Shown one piece after another: positions 44,942 to 50,300 of a DNA stretch of 50,300 nucleotides. Position numbers and translations under genes: made by a program. Source of the stretch: Chthoniobacterales bacterium (lineage in GTDB: Bacteria; Verrucomicrobiota; Verrucomicrobiia; Chthoniobacterales; UBA6821); the NCBI GenBank assembly GCA_035287205.1, contig DATEBV010000358.1, positions 1 through 50,300 on the forward strand, read 5' to 3'. The notes beneath the pieces are model-generated. The model was not told the origin of the DNA. It did no database searches and saw nothing but the letters and a program-made list of their open reading frames with translations. How positions within the stretch are numbered: the stretch's first letter is position 1; each line of letters opens with the position of its first letter.

Positions 44942-46351
44942 ATGCATTCTTTTCATTACAATCATGGAACTTTTCACTGTGAAGAAGTTGATCTAACTAC
45001 CGTCGCTAAAGAGGTGGGAACACCAGCTTATGTCTACTCAGCGAAAACTGTTCTTGAAAACTACCGTCGTCTTAACCAGGCATTAAATCCTCTCGATCGG
45101 ATGATTTGCTATGCAGCCAAGGCCAATAGTAATCTTGCTATCCTTGGTTTATTAGCCAAAGAGGGAGCTGGGTTTGATATTGTTTCTGGAGGAGAGCTCT
45201 TTAAAGTATTGAAAGCAGGAGGACGTGCTGATCGTTGTACTTTTGCCGGCGTAGGGAAAATGGTTTTTGAAATTGAATATGCACTTAAGCAAGGAATTTA
45301 TTGCTTTAACGTTGAGTCAGAGGGGGAGTTAGAGCTTATCAATGAGGTAGCCGAACGACTTGGGTGTGTGGCTCCTATAGCTCTTCGTGTAAATCCTGAT
45401 GTTGATGCACCAACGCATCATTATATTTCTACAGGGAAGAGTAAAAATAAATTTGGCATTGGGCTCGATCGCGCTGAAGCTGTTTATGCGCGTGCAGCAG
45501 CACTTCCTTATCTTAAGATTCGGGGGCTCCAGACGCATATTGGTTCTCAGATTTTAGACGCAGCTCCTTTTGCAGAGGCTGTCCATAAATTGACGCCCCT
45601 TGTTAGGAAGCTTCAAAAACTTTATGGATTAGAATTTTTTAGTATAGGAGGGGGTGTAGGGATTGGCTATCGTGGCGCTTTAGCAAGTGATCCGGCTTGC
45701 ATGAAGCCGATGACTGCGGCGTTGGACTCGAAATCTTTCTCAGGCAGTATGCCCCTATACAGCCATCCTCAGATTTCATCGTCCGCCTTGCAGCATCGCC
45801 GTCCTGCGTCGCCGGATAATGAGGTATCAGGTCTGAGTCCAGAGGCCTATGCAGCTCAAGTTATTGAACCACTACGAGCGCTTGGTTTAAGGATTCTTTT
45901 TGAACCTGGGCGTTTTATTGTTGGTAATGCAGGGGTGCTTTTAACAACAGTTCTCTATCGCAAGTCGACACCTGCCAAGAATTTTCTGATTGTTGATGCT
46001 GGTATGAATGACCTTATTCGTCCTGCACTCTATCAAGGCTATCATGAAATTGAACCACTTCGGGAACCCATTGATCGTCCTCTAGAAAAGATCGATGTAG
46101 TCGGTCCTGTCTGTGAGAGTGGTGATTTCTTTGCTCAAGATCGTATGATACCTCGTGTTGAACCTGGAGAACAAGTAGCACTCATGAGTACGGGAGCTTA
46201 CGGTTTGGTGATGGGTTCTAATTATAATGCACGTCCTATGCCACCCGAAGTTCTCGTGGAAGGAAAAAAAGCGACCGTGGTGCGGAGACGGCAGACCTGG
46301 GAGGATCTTATTAGCCTGGAGGTACATATTCGGCCAACAGGCCAAATATAA
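44942..46351 (+). CDS. lysA: diaminopimelate decarboxylase carrying an in-frame repeat insertion
   Basis: PLP-Lys context YAAKANSNLAIL, GGGVGIGY, VVGPVCESGDFF. About 45-50 extra residues after GIGYRG are encoded by E-family core 45690-45817. C-terminal IRPTGQI is read through the C3 hairpin. Confidence 0.9.
   Translation: MHSFHYNHGTFHCEEVDLTTVAKEVGTPAYVYSAKTVLENYRRLNQALNPLDRMICYAAKANSNLAILGLLAKEGAGFDIVSGGELFKVLKAGGRADRCTFAGVGKMVFEIEYALKQGIYCFNVESEGELELINEVAERLGCVAPIALRVNPDVDAPTHHYISTGKSKNKFGIGLDRAEAVYARAAALPYLKIRGLQTHIGSQILDAAPFAEAVHKLTPLVRKLQKLYGLEFFSIGGGVGIGYRGALASDPACMKPMTAALDSKSFSGSMPLYSHPQISSSALQHRRPASPDNEVSGLSPEAYAAQVIEPLRALGLRILFEPGRFIVGNAGVLLTTVLYRKSTPAKNFLIVDAGMNDLIRPALYQGYHEIEPLREPIDRPLEKIDVVGPVCESGDFFAQDRMIPRVEPGEQVALMSTGAYGLVMGSNYNARPMPPEVLVEGKKATVVRRRQTWEDLISLEVHIRPTGQI
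45690..45817 (-). mobile_element. Family E core (E5) inserted in frame within lysA
   Basis: Ordered shared blocks with the reverse complement of E4: cggcttg, gatga, ctgcg, ggact, cagtatg, atacagcc, tcgtcc, gccttgca. Inverted ends atccggc (45690) / gccggat (45811). Visibly more GC-rich than the flanking lysA sequence. Confidence 0.72.
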
Positions 46352-46465
46352 GTTTAAGTTTTAAGTTTAAGTTTAAGTTGATTTTTGGTCACTTCGTGAC
46401 AAAGTGAAAAGTGAAGCGGCATTTTTATTTGCACCTAGTTTTTTGCTTTCAAAGTCGCTTCAGGA
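46326..46465 (+). repeat. Family C element, long form (C3), overlapping the lysA 3' end
   Basis: atATTCGGCCaacaGGCCAAATataagtttaagttttaagtttaagtttaagttgatttttGGTCACTTCGTGACaaagtgaaaagtgaagcggc...gtcgcttcag. The lysA stop (46349-46351) follows the hairpin. Confidence 0.9.
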
Positions 46466-46520
46466 TAGGGGTTCAACGTGTCTAGAAAATTTTATCGTCT
46501 GGGTTAACTGAATACTTACG

Positions 46521-46653
46521 CCTGAAGGGCGGAGAAGAAGAAATTAACCACAAAAGGACACAAAAGAAGAAGTAAAGAGTGAAGGATAAAGAGATGGAAG
46601 AAATAGCCACAAAAGAACACAAAGAACGCAAAGAAGAAGGGCACAAAAAAAGA
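46521..46653 (+). repeat. Two tandem family B arms (B7)
   Basis: cctgaagggcggagaagaagaaattaaccacaaaaggacacaaaagaagaag...gaagaaatagccacaaaagaacacaaagaacgcaaagaagaagggcacaaaaaaaga, then ATG 46654. Confidence 0.75.
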
Positions 46654-46785
46654 ATGTCAGTTAAAGTGAGCAGTGCCGAAATGGATGCTATTAATGAAGC
46701 TTTAAAAGATACAAAAAAAGGGATTTCTTTAGAAGACTTGCATCAGCAGTTAAAGAAGGAACGCTTAAAAAACTGGAGAGAATAA
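46654..46785 (+). CDS. hypothetical 43-aa protein
   Basis: MSVKVSSAEMDAINEALKDTKKGISLEDLHQQLKKERLKNWRE; the ORF-track N-terminus (IATKEHKERKEE) is translated family-B repeat; weak call. Confidence 0.3.
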   Translation: MSVKVSSAEMDAINEALKDTKKGISLEDLHQQLKKERLKNWRE

Positions 46786-46871
46786 AAATATCGCTTCGCG
46801 TCTTACCTTGTTACAAAGTGACCAAAAACTAACTTAAACTTAAACTTTTATTCGGCCTGTTGGGCGAATAA
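46786..46871 (-). repeat. Family C element (C4), inverted, overlapping the proB 3' end
   Basis: aaaatatcgcttcgcgtcttaccttgttacaaagtgaccaaaaactaacttaaacttaaacttttattcggcctgttgggcgaataa. The proB stop (46840-42) lies in the AAGTTTAAG tract. Confidence 0.88.
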
Positions 46872-47622
46872 ACCTCGTCCCCACATCTTCTCCAACGAGT
46901 GCTTTCTCGATTTGCTGTGGCTTTCGTCCATCTGCAATGATGGTTTCAATGCCTGCGGTTGTGGCAACTTCTACGGCTTTGAGTTTGGTGGCCATTCCTC
47001 CAGTAGAATGTTCTCCTTTTTCAGGAGTAACATGACATAAGACGTCTTGGAGGTTAGTAACCAAGGGGATTCTTTGTTGAGGGATGCCGCCTAATGTTGT
47101 CATCAGCCCATCAGTACTGGTTAAAAGAATTAATAGACGAGCCTTCATCATGACGGCAACTTCTGCTGAGAGTTGATCATTATCTCCTAGGCGCAATTCT
47201 TCGACAGCAACGGAATCATTTTCATTGATAATGGGAATAACATGACGCGACGTTAAAAGATGGTTTAATGTTGCTTGAGCATTATGACGTCGTGATTTTG
47301 TATAAATATCTTCATGGGTTAGCAAGAGTTGTGCTGTGGTCACTTCATGATAAGCAAACTCTTTGGCATAAGTTGCCATTAGCATCGGTTGTCCTACGGC
47401 AGCACATGCCTGCTTTCCTGCAACATCGTTGGGACGTTTTTCTAAATTTAGAGCATGGACACCAGCGGCTATGGCACCACTACTAACAATAATACAAGGG
47501 ATTCCTTGTTTGATAAGAGTTGAAATTTCGGAAGCAAGACGTTGAATTTGCGCTAAGTCAATGGCACATCCACCTGGTTCTGCTAAAATGCCAGTACCGA
47601 ATTTAATAATAAGAGGATTCAT
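46840..47622 (-). CDS. proB: glutamate 5-kinase (no PUA domain)
   Basis: IIKFGTGIL, IIVSSGAIAAG, NENDSVAVEELRLGDNDQLSA. Start moved to ATG 47622 because upstream codons are family-B repeat. C-terminal FIRPTGRIKV is read through the C4 hairpin. Confidence 0.88.
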   Translation of the reverse strand: MNPLIIKFGTGILAEPGGCAIDLAQIQRLASEISTLIKQGIPCIIVSSGAIAAGVHALNLEKRPNDVAGKQACAAVGQPMLMATYAKEFAYHEVTTAQLLLTHEDIYTKSRRHNAQATLNHLLTSRHVIPIINENDSVAVEELRLGDNDQLSAEVAVMMKARLLILLTSTDGLMTTLGGIPQQRIPLVTNLQDVLCHVTPEKGEHSTGGMATKLKAVEVATTAGIETIIADGRKPQQIEKALVGEDVGTRFIRPTGRIKV

Positions 47623-47633
47623 AGGCTGTAGGA

Positions 47634-47890
47634 AAAAATTCACCACAAGGAACACAGAGATACACAAAGAGCACAAAAAAAGAATTTTTATAAAAATTCT
47701 TTAACATGTTAAGAACTAAAGAAGATTAGTGAAAATAAATCATAACGCATTAGTTATAAACATAATAAATATTTTTGAATTCTCTTTTTAACACTGGGTT
47801 TGCGTTCACAATTCCCCACTTTAAAATTTTTTATAAAAAATTTTATCTATGTGTTCTTTGTGTATCTATGTGTTCCTTGTGGTGAATTTC
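47634..47890. mobile_element. Family B element, GAATTCACCACAA subfamily (B6)
   Basis: Left arm: aaaaaattcaccacaaggaacacagagatacacaaagagcacaaaaaaagaatttttataaaaattc. Right arm: aaaattttttataaaaaattttatctatgtgttctttgtgtatctatgtgttccttgtggtgaatttc. Arms match B2, but the central cores are unrelated. Confidence 0.85.
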
Positions 47891-47916
47891 TGCCAACTAC
47901 GATGACATTTGTATAA

Positions 47917-48873
47917 CTACGAACAGTTACCTTGGTAGTTTTGCATGAGTTCTAAGAATCCCGCTTCAAGAGCCAATGCTTCCTGAATACCTTGTTCCAA
48001 GGAACGGCGAAGTGACTCGATGGCATCTAGAGACCGCAGTAGGCATTTCGTTTCATTTTCACTCATTTTTTGTTCGTGATTTTCCTTATAAACAGCACGT
48101 AATCGAGCTCCAAAATAGTCTGCTAAGGAGCCGAGTAAAAAGGTGCGTTGTTCGAGTGCTGTTGCTTCAGAAGAAGCTTTAAAATATTCGTCGCGTTGGT
48201 TTTCCCAATTACCTTCTGTTGTTTTGCTATAATGTTTTTTTTCAGCATTAAATTCTTCTTCTGCCGCATTAAGGGCCTCTTCTCGTGCTTCCCCTAGCAA
48301 TGCTTGAAACGAACGCGCTAGTTGAAACGCTGCCGTGGCATCTGTAGGTGCTCCAGGAGCAAAAAATTTCTCCATAAGAAGAGTCACTTTTTTTTCTTTC
48401 TCTTCAAGAGGGCGTTCTTCTTTAGAGTGAATAGAGAGAAGAATACAACGTGAACGAATTGTTTCTAATAAGGCTTCTGGTAAGGTTGTTAGTAAGAGTA
48501 GGAGAGTGCGTTCTGGTGGTTCTTCAAGCGTTTTAAGAAAAGCATTCGCTGCTGCAGGAACCATCCGATCAGCATCTTCAATAACAGCTACTTTATAGGA
48601 ACTTATTTGAGATTTGAGATGAAGTTCTTCCTCAAGCTTGCGGATCTGTTCGGTAAGAATTTTTCGTGATTTTGATTCGGGAGCTATTTGGTGAAAATCG
48701 GGATGTGTAAGAACATGAAGTGGACCGCATCCTAAGACTAAGGCTGCAACTTCCTCGCTAAGGAGTCGAGCTCCAGCATGAAGGTTGCCAGAAATAAGAT
48801 AAGCATGACCAAGGCGATCTTCGGTAGTAGCTTTTTGTAGAAAATGAAGTGCTTCTTCTTTAGAAAATGCCAT
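47917..48873 (-). CDS. holB: DNA polymerase III delta-prime subunit
   Basis: GHAYLISG, KVAVIEDADRM, ANAFLKTLEEPP, IRSRC motifs. Confidence 0.8.
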   Translation of the reverse strand: MAFSKEEALHFLQKATTEDRLGHAYLISGNLHAGARLLSEEVAALVLGCGPLHVLTHPDFHQIAPESKSRKILTEQIRKLEEELHLKSQISSYKVAVIEDADRMVPAAANAFLKTLEEPPERTLLLLLTTLPEALLETIRSRCILLSIHSKEERPLEEKEKKVTLLMEKFFAPGAPTDATAAFQLARSFQALLGEAREEALNAAEEEFNAEKKHYSKTTEGNWENQRDEYFKASSEATALEQRTFLLGSLADYFGARLRAVYKENHEQKMSENETKCLLRSLDAIESLRRSLEQGIQEALALEAGFLELMQNYQGNCS

Positions 48874-48876
48874 GAT

Positions 48877-49016
48877 AATTATTCGGCCAACAGACCGAAT
48901 ATAAGTTTAAGTTAAAAGTTTAAGTTTAAGTTGATTTTTGGTCACTCCGTGACGAGTTGAGAAGCGAAGCGGTGGTTTTATTTTTTCCCAATTTTTGATT
49001 TTGAAGTCGCTTCAGT
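48877..49016 (+). repeat. Family C element, long form (C5), abutting the holB start codon
   Basis: aattATTCGGCCaacaGACCGAATataagtttaagttaaaagtttaagtttaagttgatttttGGTCACTCCGTGACgagttgagaagcgaagcgg...gtcgcttcag; starts 3 nt from the holB ATG (48871-48873). Confidence 0.9.
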
Positions 49017-49057
49017 AAAGAATCTCAATAAATTTTACCGGGTGAGTGGACGAATAT

Positions 49058-49795
49058 TTACAGGATATGGGTGAGAGCTTTAAGTTTGGATAGGATTTTT
49101 TCAGTGACTTCGTCAGCTGATCCTGAGGCATCGATAACAATAATACGGTCAGGTTCTTGCTCTGCCAGGGTGAGATAACCATGGCGAATAGCTTCAAAAA
49201 AAACTTCTGATTCTTGTTCGATACGATCAGGCATTGTTGATGAATTGGCATTACGTGATACCATTCGTTTACGCCCTATAGCAACTTCAAGATCAAGTAA
49301 GATCGTAATATTAGGAAGTGTTCCTCCTGTGGCAAATTGGTTCATCCAGGTTACTTCTTCTTGATTTAATGCACGTGCTACCCCTTGATAAACGGTGGTA
49401 GAATCAAGAAAACGATCGCAGAGCACAATAGCTCCACGAGAGAGAGCGGGACGAATGATTTCACGTACGAGTTGAGCCCGACTTGCTGCGAAGAGAAGTA
49501 ACTCTGTTTCAGGAGCCATAGCCGCGGATTCTGGAGCATATTGTAAAATAGAACGAATCTGTTCACCTACACCTGTTCCTCCCGGTTCTCGCAAGAGCAG
49601 AACCTCACGGGAGGGGGATGTGACATTGCCCTTTTGAAAAAACTCTGCCAGGCGAGCAATCTGCGTTGATTTGCCACACCCCTCCGAACCCTCAAAAGTA
49701 ATAAAAAATCCACCATTATTCAAATTTTCCTCGTGGGGAAGAGAACTCTGAATGAAATGATTCGACTGTTCATTAATGGTACGATTTAATTGCAT
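49058..49795 (-). CDS. tmk: thymidylate kinase
   Basis: P-loop FEGSEGCGKSTQ, LCDRF, LLDL motifs. The first 24 codons are a decayed family-A copy; alternative TTG 49723 is preceded by GAGGAA. Confidence 0.9.
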   Translation of the reverse strand: MQLNRTINEQSNHFIQSSLPHEENLNNGGFFITFEGSEGCGKSTQIARLAEFFQKGNVTSPSREVLLLREPGGTGVGEQIRSILQYAPESAAMAPETELLLFAASRAQLVREIIRPALSRGAIVLCDRFLDSTTVYQGVARALNQEEVTWMNQFATGGTLPNITILLDLEVAIGRKRMVSRNANSSTMPDRIEQESEVFFEAIRHGYLTLAEQEPDRIIVIDASGSADEVTEKILSKLKALTHIL

Positions 49796-49797
49796 GG
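49724..49797 (-). repeat. Decayed family A copy (A14) absorbed into the tmk 5' end
   Basis: The reverse complement reads ATGCAAttaaatcgtaccattaatgaaCAGTCgAATCATTTcATTCAGAgttctcttccccacGAGGAAaattTG. The peptide QSNHFIQSSLPHEE parallels QSNHLIQIPPPLEE of hemC. The hairpin is no longer intact. Confidence 0.5.
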
Positions 49798-49960
49798 TTT
49801 ATAATTTATCGTTGTTCTCGAAAAAGAGCATCAAAAAAATCTATTCTATTCTTCAAATAGAATTACTTACAGTCAGTAGACTCTAAGTAGGCCTATTGAC
49901 TGAATAGTTACGTCTATCTGAATACAATTCTTATGAATATATCAAAATCTTCTGAAAAGA

Positions 49961-50282
49961 GAGTTCTTTCCAAACTCGCTTCTGTTGATGAAGTGCAAGG
50001 AGTCGACGGCACGCAGAACCTGAGTGTACAGCAGTACTCGATGGTTCAAGATCGGATGTTTCATACACATCGTAATGAGGCGCAGTGCAAGGCCGATGAG
50101 GTCAGGAGGACGAAGGATTTTGATGCAGGGCTGTATGTTTCATACTGTCCCAGTCAAAATCCAAGTCCGACGCAGCATTCATCGAGCCTTCCTCAAGCCG
50201 CAGTAGATGAGGATGAAATATCCGATCTAACACCGGCGCGACGAAACAATTCATCAGCAGAAGTAGAGCTTGGAAAGAACTC
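49961..50282 (+). repeat. Family E element, full-length copy (E4, about 320 bp)
   Basis: Outer arms 49961-49995 / 50247-50282. Inner stem agatcggatgtttcat (50049-50064) / atgaaatatccgatct (50213-50228). Apical stem ggattttga...tcaaaatcc with tip gtatgtttcatac. An identical 28-nt block lies at 50019-50046. Confidence 0.85.
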
Positions 50283-50300
50283 TACGGGGTATTGGCTTGT

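Noticed and set aside
45674-45830. Intein or self-splicing intron in lysA
   Set aside because: At about 150 bp the insert is far too short for an intein or a group I/II intron. It lacks intein junction residues, and it is homologous to an intergenic repeat family. An in-frame repeat insertion is the simpler explanation.
43652-50282. Family E as a retron msr/msd, group II intron fragment, or IS605/IscB-type guide RNA
   Set aside because: No reverse transcriptase, TnpA/TnpB/IscB or maturase ORF is adjacent to any of the five copies. The length and flanking inverted arms superficially resemble a retron ncRNA, but without an RT the call is unsupported. I keep it only as an unexplained structured element.

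Overview
A 50.3 kb bacterial chromosomal core segment, moderately AT-rich by eye. I cannot place the organism; the gene content is vaguely PVC/Verrucomicrobia-like, which is a weak guess. I call 39 protein genes, almost all housekeeping. On the minus strand: miaA, an RRM protein, asnB, a DEDD exonuclease and a giant coiled-coil protein. On the plus strand: infA, an acyl-CoA synthetase, mcsA-mcsB-clpC, hemA-hemC-cobA/hemD, a phosphodiester glycosidase, hpf, scpA-scpB, three tandem small OMP paralogs, glnB, galE and tatD. On the minus strand again: dnaN-dnaA, an SSF symporter, a hydrolase, purM, purF and an S8 protease. The window ends with a stand-alone 5'-3' exonuclease, a wHTH regulator, lysA, proB, holB and tmk. 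I found no rRNA, tRNA, CRISPR array, transposase, integrase or phage gene. The unusual content is non-coding. Nearly every intergenic spacer is filled by short modular palindromic repeats from at least 8 families, here named A-H plus heptamer tracts, with more than 60 copies in the window. These repeats (i) sit flush against start codons in a fixed sense orientation and so form shared repeat-derived 5' leaders; (ii) supply the only usable start codons and N-terminal peptides for hemC and cobA/hemD, and probably others; (iii) supply stop codons and C-terminal tails; and (iv) are inserted in frame inside hemC, lysA and the acyl-CoA synthetase. The hemC insertion is 71 bp with a 7-bp target-site duplication. 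One family (E) is a 180-320 nt long-hairpin element with compensatory stem changes and an asymmetric, perfectly conserved 28-nt block. No mobilising enzyme is encoded in the window. All repeat alignments were made by eye, and coordinates of repeat ends are accurate to about +/-3 nt.
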